64,000 nucleotides of DNA. Source: a bacterium. GTDB taxonomy: Bacteria; Bacillota_I; Bacilli_A; RF39; UBA660. This document shows positions 39,559 to 48,726 of the stretch, one piece after another; within the stretch, counting starts at the first letter, position 1, and every line of letters begins with the position of its first letter. The notes beneath the pieces were generated by a model. It saw nothing but the letters and a program-made list of their open reading frames with translations, did not search any database and was not told where the DNA came from. The stretch lies in the NCBI GenBank assembly GCA_030525085.1, contig JAUNFK010000002.1, forward strand, positions 123 to 64,122, written 5' to 3'. The position numbers and the translations under genes were made by a program.

Positions 39559-41460
39559 TTAATATAGTTTTGCTCCTGCTGGGATATCATCATCAACCAT
39601 TAGAAGGTGTAATCGTTCTTCTCCTTCTTCACTGTGAACTGCTGAAATAAGCATTCCACATGAATCAATTCCCATCATTTTTCTTGCTGGTAAGTTTGTG
39701 ATTGCAATTAGAGTTTTACCTACTAGTTCTTCTGGTTCATAGTAAGCGTGAATACCACTTAAGATAACTCTATCTTCACCTGTACCATCATTTAAAACAA
39801 ATTTTAGAAGTTTGCTTGATTTAGGTACTGCTTCGCATTCTTTTACTTTAACTGCTCTAAAGTCTGATTTACTAAATGTTTCAAAGTCAACGTAATCTTC
39901 GAATAGTGGCTCAATTTCAACTTTACTAAAATCAATTTTTTGAGTAGTTGTTGTACTTGGTTTATTTATTACTTGTTTTGCTCCTTGTGGTTTCATTGTT
40001 GGGAATAGGATAACATCTCTAATTGATGCACTTTCAGTAAAGAACATAACTAGTCTATCAATTCCGTAACCTATTCCACCTGCTGGTGGCATACCGTATT
40101 CAAGAGCTTCAACAAAGTCCATATCGATGTCATTTGCTTCTTCATTTCCAAGTTCTCTTTCTTTTAATTGGTCTTCGAAACGTTCTAATTGGTCGATTGG
40201 GTCGTTAAGTTCTGTGTAAGCGTTAGCAAATTCTTTACCACCAATGAATAGTTCAAAGCGGTCAACAAATCTTGAGTCTTCTGGATTTTTCTTAGTAAGT
40301 GGAGAAATTTCTACTGGATGACCATATAAGAATGTTGGTTGAATTAAAGTTTCTTCTACATATTTTTCGAAGAATAGGTTAATAATATGACCTAGTGTTT
40401 TTTCATGTTCAGCGACTTCAATCTTATGTTCTTCTGCTAGTTTCAAAGCATCTTCTACAGAAATTGTCCTAAAGTCGATGCCTGTTTTTTCTTTGATAGC
40501 ATCAGTCATACTAACTTTTTTCCATTCGCCAGCAATATTAATTTCATTACCATTCCACATAAATGTATCTTTATGGAAAATATCTTTAGCAATTGTTTTA
40601 AACATGCTTTCAGTCATTTCCATCATACCATCTAAGTTAGAGTATGCTAAGTATGCTTCCATTAGAGTAAACTCTGGGTTATGCATTGGATCCATACCTT
40701 CGTTTCTGAAAGTTCTACCTATTTCGTATACAGCTTCCATACCACCAACTAGTAATCTTTTTAGAGGTAGTTCTAGTGCTATTCTTAAATACATGTCTAA
40801 ATCTTGAGTGTTATGATGAGTGATGAAAGGTCTAGCTGATGCTCCAGTTAGTAATGTGTTTAGAATTGGTGTTTCAACTTCAGTGAATCCACGATTATCC
40901 ATGAAGTTTTGAATGCATCTAATAATTTTTGGTCTTAGGAATGCTACTCTTTTAGATTCTTCATTCATTATTAAGTCTACGTATCTTCTACGGTATCTTT
41001 CTTCAATGTCAGTTAGTCCGTGGAACTTTTCTGGTAGTGGTCTTAAGGCTTTAACTAGGTGAGTGTATTCTAGACATTTAATAGTAATTTCACCAGTCAT
41101 AGTTTTCATTACTCTACCTTTAACGCCAACGATGTCACCAATATCAGCACTCTTAAATAAAGTGTAAGCTTCTTCACCAATGTCGTTAATTGAAATATAA
41201 ATTTGAATTTTGTCTGTTTTGTCTTGAATTGTGAAGAATGATGCTTTACCCATTTTTCTTATGAACATTATTCTTCCAGCTACAGTATATTCGTCAGTTA
41301 TGTTTTCAAATTCATCATGGTCAACGTCTTTATATTTTTCTTTGATATCCTTAGCAAAAGCAGTACGGTTAAATACGTGACCGAATGGGTCCATACCTAA
41401 ACTTCTAATTTTTTCAGCTTTTTCTCTTCTAATTTTTTCTTGATCAGTAAGTTCTCTCAT
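39559..41460 (-). CDS. lysS: lysine--tRNA ligase (class II) with C-terminal Trbp111/EMAP-II-like tRNA-binding domain
   Basis: N-terminal OB anticodon-binding domain and a class II core (motif 2/3 region ...GGKEFANAYTELNDP..., ...GMPPAGGIGYGIDRLVMF). An extra roughly 130-aa C-terminal domain (KVKECEAVPKSSKLLKFVLNDGTGEDRVILSGI...DSCGMLISA) is typical of Myf/Trbp111 domains. Confidence 0.85.
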   Translation of the reverse strand: MRELTDQEKIRREKAEKIRSLGMDPFGHVFNRTAFAKDIKEKYKDVDHDEFENITDEYTVAGRIMFIRKMGKASFFTIQDKTDKIQIYISINDIGEEAYTLFKSADIGDIVGVKGRVMKTMTGEITIKCLEYTHLVKALRPLPEKFHGLTDIEERYRRRYVDLIMNEESKRVAFLRPKIIRCIQNFMDNRGFTEVETPILNTLLTGASARPFITHHNTQDLDMYLRIALELPLKRLLVGGMEAVYEIGRTFRNEGMDPMHNPEFTLMEAYLAYSNLDGMMEMTESMFKTIAKDIFHKDTFMWNGNEINIAGEWKKVSMTDAIKEKTGIDFRTISVEDALKLAEEHKIEVAEHEKTLGHIINLFFEKYVEETLIQPTFLYGHPVEISPLTKKNPEDSRFVDRFELFIGGKEFANAYTELNDPIDQLERFEDQLKERELGNEEANDIDMDFVEALEYGMPPAGGIGYGIDRLVMFFTESASIRDVILFPTMKPQGAKQVINKPSTTTTQKIDFSKVEIEPLFEDYVDFETFSKSDFRAVKVKECEAVPKSSKLLKFVLNDGTGEDRVILSGIHAYYEPEELVGKTLIAITNLPARKMMGIDSCGMLISAVHSEEGEERLHLLMVDDDIPAGAKLY

Positions 41461-41474
41461 AATATTCCTTCTTT

Positions 41475-41700
41475 CTAATAAAAAAAGTTAATGATTAAAG
41501 GGACGATTTTGTTCGTGGTACCACCCTTCTTTAATCATTAACTGATTCTCTTAACTGATAACGGCAGTCTGCCGGATATTCTCTCCAAGGTTTTTATTCA
41601 TATTAGGTTACTATTAACTTCCACCAACCGTTAATTCTCTATAAGCACGCATTAATATTACTCGTCCTTTTCATCGATTTATGCCTAGATAATACCAGAA
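41475..41700 (-). promoter_or_regulatory. T-box riboswitch leader of lysS
   Basis: Minus-strand AAAGAAGGGTGGTACCACG matches the T-box consensus AANNNGGGTGGNACCGCG. It is embedded in a terminator helix GTTAATGATTAAAG...CTTTAATCATTAAC (14-bp perfect arms, + coordinates 41487-41542) followed by TTTTTTT. Confidence 0.6.
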
Positions 41701-41703
41701 GTT

Positions 41704-43326
41704 TTAGTTTTTGTCAACTTCTTCGTTTAAAAGTTCATAATGAAGGACAACGTTTTTATCGTAATACATGATTCGGCCACTAGGTAAAAGAAGCATTCTT
41801 TCAATTCCTAGGTTATCAACAAATTCTAGGTTGTGTGATACGACTAGCATTGTGCCTTCATAATCTTTGAAGGTGTCAGCAATAATTAGTTGGGTCATTG
41901 GGTCTAAATGGTTAGTTGGTTCATCTAGTAATAGGGTGTTTGCTCCTGATAGCGCTATTTTAGCTAGTGCTACCCTAGAGCGCTCTCCTGGAGATAAGAT
42001 ATTTATTTTTTTGAAGATGTCATCATTTGTAAATAGGAAGCTACCAAGAAATCTTCTTAACTCATAGTCCGTTAGACCACTATCACTAAAGTTTTCTTTA
42101 ATAGTTTTATCTTTATTTAATAGGTCATGCTCCTGAGCATAATAACCAATAAGTGTTTTTTCTGATATGTTAATAGAGCCTTCAAGCGGAGTTAAAATAT
42201 TCATGATAAGTTTTAAAAGAGTTGTTTTTCCAATACCATTTTCTCCAACTATTAGAAATTTTTCGCCTCTAATAAGATCAAAGGTTAAATTTTGGTAAAG
42301 TAAATTCTCTTCTGTGTACCCGAATGTTAAGTTGTTACAACTTATAGGAACCAAATAACTTGGATATTTTATGTTAATTTTAAATTTTGTATATTTGTTT
42401 TTCTTTTCGACTTCTACTTTTTCACTTAATAGTTTTTCTAGCTTTTTCTGTCTATCTTTAGCAATGTTCGCTTTCTTTTCGTTACCTCTTATGTAACGAG
42501 CAATTATTTCTTTTAGTTTTTCTTCTTCTTTTTGTTGTTTATCGTGAAGTCTTGATGTTGCTAGTTCTCTTTCCTTTTTGATTTTTTCGTATTTTGAGTA
42601 TGAGCCATTATAAAGAGTGCCTGTTTTTTTATTTTTATCTATATATAATGTTTTGTTTGTGATTTCATCTAGGAAGGATGTGTCATGAGAAATTACTAAG
42701 ATTAGTCCTTTATAATTTTTAAGATACTCAATAATGTAATCTTTAGTGTCTAGGTCTAGGTGGTTAGTTGGTTCATCTAACAAAAGAGTTTCTGGTTTAG
42801 AGTATAGAAGTCTAGCAAAGGCAATTTTTGATTTTTGACCACCAGATAAATTTTTTAATTTTAAATCTAATAAGGCATCATCAATGTTCATGCCCGCGAT
42901 TATTTTTAGTAATTCACTTTCAGCGTTGTATTGTTCATAATATGTTAATTCATCTTCAACTTTAGTGATATCTTTCATGAATTTTTTTAGGTTATATTCA
43001 TTTTTTTCAGTTGCTATTTGTTCATAAAGATTAGTTAGTTTATTTTCTAGTTCTTTAATGGGTCTTGCAGATAGAAGGTAATCAAAAACAGACATTTCTT
43101 TATCAAAGTTATCTTCAATAACTTGTGGAAGGTAGCCGATTTTTGATGGCACAGTTATGGTACCTGTATCTGGTGTAAGCTCGCCTAGGATAAGTTTTAA
43201 AAGTGTTGTTTTACCAGCCCCGTTAACGCCGATTATGCCAACTTTATCATTTTGATTAAATTCAACAGTTAAATTTTTATAAACTTCGGCAGTTCCGAAA
43301 CTAAGAGATAAATTGTCGATTTTCAT
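41704..43326 (-). CDS. ABC-F family ATPase (two ABC domains, no TMD)
   Basis: Two cassettes (GVNGAGKTTLLK/LSGGQKSKIA and GENGIGKTTLLK/LSPGERSRVA) joined by a roughly 80-aa charged linker. Confidence 0.8.
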   Translation of the reverse strand: MKIDNLSLSFGTAEVYKNLTVEFNQNDKVGIIGVNGAGKTTLLKLILGELTPDTGTITVPSKIGYLPQVIEDNFDKEMSVFDYLLSARPIKELENKLTNLYEQIATEKNEYNLKKFMKDITKVEDELTYYEQYNAESELLKIIAGMNIDDALLDLKLKNLSGGQKSKIAFARLLYSKPETLLLDEPTNHLDLDTKDYIIEYLKNYKGLILVISHDTSFLDEITNKTLYIDKNKKTGTLYNGSYSKYEKIKKERELATSRLHDKQQKEEEKLKEIIARYIRGNEKKANIAKDRQKKLEKLLSEKVEVEKKNKYTKFKINIKYPSYLVPISCNNLTFGYTEENLLYQNLTFDLIRGEKFLIVGENGIGKTTLLKLIMNILTPLEGSINISEKTLIGYYAQEHDLLNKDKTIKENFSDSGLTDYELRRFLGSFLFTNDDIFKKINILSPGERSRVALAKIALSGANTLLLDEPTNHLDPMTQLIIADTFKDYEGTMLVVSHNLEFVDNLGIERMLLLPSGRIMYYDKNVVLHYELLNEEVDKN

Positions 43327-43411
43327 GTTAGTCCTTCTTCCTTTATACGATTATATAGAAAATTGTTAATATTTTCAAATTATTTTACATAGTTTTAACT
43401 AGAGGTGAATT

Positions 43412-43744
43412 ATGAACGGACAGTTTTATAAAAATACTGGTTATCAAGAACCACTTAATTTAGCGACCGCACCAATTGGTAATGTGGATAACGAGCAAAG
43501 TTATATTGAAAATATTTTAAGGCAAAATAAAGGTAAGAAAGCTAAAGCATATTTTTCTTTTACAGATTCAAATGCGTGGCGTGATAAGGTGTTTGAAGGT
43601 GTAATTGAAGAAGCAGGTAAAGATCATTTAGTTATGAGCGATCCTTCTACTGGTAAATGGGAGCTTATCTTACTTATTTATTTAAATTATGTAGAGTTTG
43701 ATGAAGCGATTAACTACAATAAAAACTATGTTGATAAATATTAA
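43412..43744 (+). CDS. gerQ: spore coat protein GerQ-like
   Basis: C-terminal region NILRQNKGKKAKAYFSFTDSNAWRDKVFEGVIEEAGKDHLVMSDPSTGKWELILLIYLNYVEFDE resembles the conserved GerQ core. GAGGTGAAT RBS. Confidence 0.55.
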   Translation: MNGQFYKNTGYQEPLNLATAPIGNVDNEQSYIENILRQNKGKKAKAYFSFTDSNAWRDKVFEGVIEEAGKDHLVMSDPSTGKWELILLIYLNYVEFDEAINYNKNYVDKY

Positions 43745-44256
43745 ACATAGTTTTTTAAATTTTGTTCTTCTTCTTTTAAGGTTGTGCTAGGACCATGACC
43801 CGGATAGATAGTTATATCTTTATCGTATTTTAGAATTTTGTGGATACTGTTTTGCATGTCTTTGAAATTACTTCCATCTAGGTCGTATCTTCCAATTGTT
43901 CCTTTAAAGATGAAGTCACCGCAGAATAAATCTTTATTGAATAAGAGTGATATTAAGTCATCTTTATGACCTGGTGTTTTTATCATTTCAAATGTAAAGT
44001 CACCTATTTTATTTTGACCTTCTTTTAAGTTTTGATAGTCATAAACCTTACAGTTATATTTTGCTTGTAGAACACCAACTGCACCTACATGATCAAAGTG
44101 ATGATGAGTTATTAGAATACCTACTACTTGTTTAGTTATATTCGGCATTATTTTTTCTGCTTCATCTCCTGGGTCTATTATAAGAGTTTCTTTATCATTT
44201 TCTAATATATAACAATTTGTTTCTAAGTATCCTACTTTTACTATTTTTATTTGCAT
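43741..44256 (-). CDS. MBL-fold metallo-hydrolase
   Basis: ILITHHHFDHVGAV metal-binding motif. Confidence 0.7.
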   Translation of the reverse strand: MQIKIVKVGYLETNCYILENDKETLIIDPGDEAEKIMPNITKQVVGILITHHHFDHVGAVGVLQAKYNCKVYDYQNLKEGQNKIGDFTFEMIKTPGHKDDLISLLFNKDLFCGDFIFKGTIGRYDLDGSNFKDMQNSIHKILKYDKDITIYPGHGPSTTLKEEEQNLKNYV

Positions 44257-44339
44257 TTAAATCACCTTTATTATTATAGCAAAGATATTTTATTTTTCAT
44301 AATGACGTGATATAATTTTATTAGAAGGTAGGTTTTAGT

Positions 44340-44879
44340 GTGGAAACTATTTTATTAACTATAGTGATTTTTACCGGCGTTATTGTCGTTACTTATATTA
44401 TTTTATACAATAACATTCAGGCTTTTAATATTAAGATTAATGAGGCTGAAAGTATTATTGATGATTTACTTAGAAAAAAATATGATAATTTAGATAATAT
44501 GAAAAGTATTATTTTAAGAGAAACAGATTTGCCAGAACAGACATTTGAAGTTTTTGAGAAAATTAAAAATGTGAATATTTCTAGTTTTGATTTAGATAGA
44601 AAGTTAACTGAGATTTATAGTTTAATTAATCAGATAAAGTTAGATTATGATAAATTGGATAGCAATGAAGATTTTAGTAATTATTTTGAAGATGTATATG
44701 AGATTGATGAGAAGTTAGAAGCTGCAAAGTCATTTTATAATAAGTATACTACTTTACTTAATACAGCAATTAAGAAGTTTCCATCAAATGTGATTGCAAG
44801 TTTTCATCATATTAAAGTTAAAGCATATTTTGATGGTAAAGATATGTTTGATGAAGAAATTAAAGATTTTAAGTTATAA
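44340..44879 (+). CDS. LemA-family membrane protein
   Basis: N-terminal TM followed by YNNIQAFNIKINEAESIIDDLLRKKYDNL (LemA-like). GTG start with an AGAAGGTAGG RBS. Extended -10 TGATATAAT upstream. Confidence 0.45.
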   Translation: METILLTIVIFTGVIVVTYIILYNNIQAFNIKINEAESIIDDLLRKKYDNLDNMKSIILRETDLPEQTFEVFEKIKNVNISSFDLDRKLTEIYSLINQIKLDYDKLDSNEDFSNYFEDVYEIDEKLEAAKSFYNKYTTLLNTAIKKFPSNVIASFHHIKVKAYFDGKDMFDEEIKDFKL

Positions 44880-44900
44880 AAAAAGCCACAGATGTGGTTT

Positions 44901-45563
44901 TTAATTTAGGTCCCAGTTTATTTTTTCTTCACCATTTTTTTCTAGGAATTCATTTGTTTTAGAAAATGGATGGCTTCCAAAGAAACCGTATCTAGCACTA
45001 AATGGTGATGGATGCGGAGATGTTAGTACTAAGTGTTTAGGATTTGTAATAAATACTTTTTTACTTTTAGCAAAGTTTCCCCAAAGAATAAATACTACTG
45101 GTTCTTCTTTTTGATTTATTTTTTTGATTATATAATCTGTTAAATTACTCCAGCCAATATTTTGATGAGAGTTAGGACAGTCTTTGATTACTGTAAGTGA
45201 TGAGTTTAATAGAAGTACCCCTTCTTTAGCCCATTTTGTTAGGTCACCGCAGTTTGGTTCGATAATACCTAAGTCATCATATATTTCTTTGTAGATATTT
45301 TTTAGTGATGGAGGAAGCGTAACACCTTTTTGAACTGAGAAAGATAGTCCATGAGCTTCGCCTACTCCATGATATGGATCTTGGCCCACTATGACTACTT
45401 TAACTTTATTATATGGTGTTAGTTTTAAAGCATTAAAGATATTTTCTTTTGCTGGAAAGATATCCTTAGTAGCATATTCATTCATTACGATATCCCAAAA
45501 TTTGTGGAAACCAGGACTATCCCAGATTATTTTTAATTCGTTATCCCAATCGTTGCCAATCAT
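44901..45563 (-). CDS. ung: uracil-DNA glycosylase (family 1)
   Basis: GQDPYHGVGEAHGLSFSV and a C-terminal HPSP motif. Confidence 0.85.
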   Translation of the reverse strand: MIGNDWDNELKIIWDSPGFHKFWDIVMNEYATKDIFPAKENIFNALKLTPYNKVKVVIVGQDPYHGVGEAHGLSFSVQKGVTLPPSLKNIYKEIYDDLGIIEPNCGDLTKWAKEGVLLLNSSLTVIKDCPNSHQNIGWSNLTDYIIKKINQKEEPVVFILWGNFAKSKKVFITNPKHLVLTSPHPSPFSARYGFFGSHPFSKTNEFLEKNGEEKINWDLN

Positions 45564-45570
45564 GATTCAC

Positions 45571-45996
45571 CTAATACATTATTTTATTTTCAATAGCCCA
45601 TGGAATAAAGTGGTCTTTAATTGCAGTTGCAAGTTCTTCTTTGTCATCGTTAATTCCATGCCATTTGTATTCAATTATTTCGTCGTTAGGTAATAGTTCT
45701 ACGTCGATTTTTTTATGGGCTAGCATCATATGCATTTCAATTGTAAGACTTGGGTCAGATAAGGCAGGCTCCCTGAAACAAAGAATTTCTTCTAATTCTC
45801 TTTCTTCAATATTAAAGCCGTTTGCTATTTCTTCTAAGCATTCTCTTCTAGCAGCTTCTTTGAAGGTTTCACCTTTTTCAACGCCACCACCTACAAGAGT
45901 GTATTTACCTTTTTTTGAGCTTCTTTGACTCATACTAACTAATACTTTTCCATTACTAATAAAGGCAGTGCCTACTACATATATTAAATTATCCAT
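45571..45996 (-). CDS. NUDIX hydrolase
   Basis: Nudix box GGGVEKGETFKEAARRECLEEIA. Confidence 0.75.
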   Translation of the reverse strand: MDNLIYVVGTAFISNGKVLVSMSQRSSKKGKYTLVGGGVEKGETFKEAARRECLEEIANGFNIEERELEEILCFREPALSDPSLTIEMHMMLAHKKIDVELLPNDEIIEYKWHGINDDKEELATAIKDHFIPWAIENKIMY

Positions 45997-46005
45997 TTTT
46001 ACTCC

Positions 46006-46440
46006 TTATTTATGATATGTTTCATTGTTAATTATTTTAAATCCCCTGTAGATTTGTTCTAACAGAATTGCTCTAAATAGACCGTGTGGAAATGTTAAGT
46101 CACTAAATGATAGTTCATAGTCTATGTTATCAAGTACTTCTTTACTGATACCATTTGAACCACCAATAATAAAATCAATATTAGCATTTTCCATTAAATG
46201 GGCATTTATAAATTTAGCAAATTCTGGTGAGCTTATTTTATGACCTTTTATAGTTAAAGCAACTTTGAATGATTTCTTAGATAGTTTTTCTAAGATTTTT
46301 GTTCCTTCTTTTTCTATTCCATCATCATTTATTTCGATTATTTCTAATTTATGATATTTGTTAATTCTTTTCTTGTAATCTTCTACCATGTTAACTAGGT
46401 ATTGTTCTTTTAATTTACCTACGACAATTAGTTTTATCAT
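46006..46440 (-). CDS. rlmH: 23S rRNA (pseudouridine1915-N3)-methyltransferase (SPOUT)
   Basis: MIKLIVVGKLKEQYLV...INKYHKLEIIEI, a YbeA/RlmH-like protein of 144 aa. Confidence 0.8.
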   Translation of the reverse strand: MIKLIVVGKLKEQYLVNMVEDYKKRINKYHKLEIIEINDDGIEKEGTKILEKLSKKSFKVALTIKGHKISSPEFAKFINAHLMENANIDFIIGGSNGISKEVLDNIDYELSFSDLTFPHGLFRAILLEQIYRGFKIINNETYHK

Positions 46441-47201
46441 ACTTCAATTAACTCCGTTTTTTCTTTTGGTTTTGCTGCAATAATGTTGGTAAACTCGATA
46501 TTGTTTTCTTTAAATGTATTTTCAATTTGTTTAAGTGCAAGCTCTGGTGTGTTGTTTTCTTCACTAAGGTGGGCCAGAATTATCATTTTAGTATTGTTTC
46601 CAATTATCTTACTTAAGTAGTAAGAGGATGCTTCATTTGATAAGTGGCCTGTGTCGCTTAGCATTCTTTGTTTTAACCATGCTGGGTATTTACCATGCAT
46701 TAACATTTCAATATCATGATTACTTTCCATTATATATAGACTTTTATTTGAAATTTTTTTAAAGTTCTTTTGATTAATATACCCGGTATCTGTTATGTTT
46801 ACTATAGATGCGCCGTTTTCACTAATGATATAGCCACGACTGTCGGTTGTGTCATGGCTAGTTTTAATGTTTTCGATTTTTAATGTGTCTATTTCAATAT
46901 CATCAAATAATATTAGGATATGGTCATAGTCTTCTAAGAAGGGAAGATCTTTGAACATAAGTGCTGACATTATGATTGTTGGATGATATTTTTTTACGAT
47001 GTTATTAAGGGCACTAACGTGGTCTGAATGGGTGTGCGTTATTAGTATGTAATCTATGTTAGATAGGTCAGTGCCGTTTTCTCTTAATTTTTCGTTTAGA
47101 TATTTTACATTAGTTCCAGCGTCTATTAGAAGTTCATGGTTTTGCGTTTTAACATATACAGAGTTACCTTTTGAACTACTTGCTAAAACACTAACTAACA
47201 T
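46437..47201 (-). CDS. walJ: MBL-fold metallo-hydrolase YycJ/WalJ-like
   Basis: ILITHTHSDHV. Gene order walJ-rlmH matches the 3' end of walRKHIJ operons. Confidence 0.7.
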   Translation of the reverse strand: MLVSVLASSSKGNSVYVKTQNHELLIDAGTNVKYLNEKLRENGTDLSNIDYILITHTHSDHVSALNNIVKKYHPTIIMSALMFKDLPFLEDYDHILILFDDIEIDTLKIENIKTSHDTTDSRGYIISENGASIVNITDTGYINQKNFKKISNKSLYIMESNHDIEMLMHGKYPAWLKQRMLSDTGHLSNEASSYYLSKIIGNNTKMIILAHLSEENNTPELALKQIENTFKENNIEFTNIIAAKPKEKTELIEV

Positions 47202-48715
47202 TTGAATACCGTTTTACATGGATTAACGATTTGTCCATATGTACTACCTTTTCTAAGTTCGAAGTGTAAGTGGGTTCCAGTTGATGAACCACTTGATCCC
47301 ATGTAACCAATGATTTGGCCACGGCTTACAGTGTCACCTACTTTTACTTGTACGTCTCTTGTTAAGTGGGCATATTTTACGATTAATTCACTATCGTTAT
47401 ATGATACAAATACATAGTTTCCGTATGAGCCACCACACATATCGCGAACTCCACTACCAAAGTTAGGACATGTACTGTGAGTTTCGATTACTACACCGTC
47501 AGTTGATGATCTAATTGGTGAACCGAATCCTGAACCGGAAATATCTATTCCTTTGTGATATGAACCCCATCTTGGTTCTACCCAGCTTGTAATTACATAT
47601 GGGCTTGTTGTTGGCCAGTACCATGTATCACTACCAGTGTTAATGTACGTTGTACTACCACCACCAGTGTATACTTTAGTTCCTTTAGCAACAATTTCGT
47701 TTACGGTTGGAGTTATTTCACTTTTTTTAGTGATAACTAGTTTTTCAATTGCTCCATTTTTATACTGAATTTCTTCGGTAACACGGTTAAGTCCATTTGA
47801 CCCTTTTTGAATTACTTTAGTTTGACCTCTATACATTGTGTCATCATTTTGATATTCAGTTTCGTAGTTGCTTGGAATGTCTTCAATTACAACATTTTCG
47901 TTTACGATTGTTATGATTGGTGAGATAAGGCCAACAGATACAGTTTGTCCTGGAGTAAGTAAAGCATTTGCATTTGGAATACTTGGATTTGCAATTAAGA
48001 ATTCTTCAATATTTAACGTGTTGTCTTCAAGAATTTTAGATATTGAGTCTCCTTCTTTAACTGTGTATTCTTTTTGTTTTTCTATTGTACCAAATAGTAA
48101 GAATTTACTGATGTCGTTTTCATTGGTGAATATATAATCATTTGTGTTTAAGTAGTTTTTCTTGATAGTAATTTCTTCATCCCAATAAATTGATTTTATT
48201 TTAGTACCTGTTTCAGTTATTTCACTTTGGGTTTTATTTTTATATTCGTCTAGTTTTTGAGTTCCGATGAATGATGCCATTGTGTCATAAAAGGCACTTG
48301 CAAAGTCTTCTTTATTTAGAACTTGTAATACTACAGGTTCTTTTGATTCATCGTCATATTTAATTGTTATTGTATATCCTTCTATTGTGAATGGTTCATT
48401 ATATTCAATTGTATGGTATATTTCATCAGCAGTTTTGATATTATCACTATACGTTGTTTTTTCGATTGTTTTTAGAGTTGCTGGAGGATACACTTTTTCA
48501 ACATTATACTTGTCTTTGATTTCTTGTTGTTTATCATCTACTAGTGCTAGTAAATCGTCTTTTGAGTCTAATAGACCTACTGATTTACCATTTAAGAAGA
48601 CCTCGTAAACGTTTTGTGGTTCAGTACTTGTTTTTCGATTTGAGCATATAAAGATTACGAATGCTCCAAGAATAATTGTTGCTAGTAACGATGTAATTAT
48701 TTCTTTCGGTTTCAT
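47195..48715 (-). CDS. membrane-anchored LysM + M23 family metallopeptidase
   Basis: N-terminal TM, LysM (YTVKEGDSISKIL) and a C-terminal M23 domain with HKGIDISGS and HLHFEL. Confidence 0.7.
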   Translation of the reverse strand: MKPKEIITSLLATIILGAFVIFICSNRKTSTEPQNVYEVFLNGKSVGLLDSKDDLLALVDDKQQEIKDKYNVEKVYPPATLKTIEKTTYSDNIKTADEIYHTIEYNEPFTIEGYTITIKYDDESKEPVVLQVLNKEDFASAFYDTMASFIGTQKLDEYKNKTQSEITETGTKIKSIYWDEEITIKKNYLNTNDYIFTNENDISKFLLFGTIEKQKEYTVKEGDSISKILEDNTLNIEEFLIANPSIPNANALLTPGQTVSVGLISPIITIVNENVVIEDIPSNYETEYQNDDTMYRGQTKVIQKGSNGLNRVTEEIQYKNGAIEKLVITKKSEITPTVNEIVAKGTKVYTGGGSTTYINTGSDTWYWPTTSPYVITSWVEPRWGSYHKGIDISGSGFGSPIRSSTDGVVIETHSTCPNFGSGVRDMCGGSYGNYVFVSYNDSELIVKYAHLTRDVQVKVGDTVSRGQIIGYMGSSGSSTGTHLHFELRKGSTYGQIVNPCKTVFKC

Positions 48716-48726
48716 ATTACCTTCCT

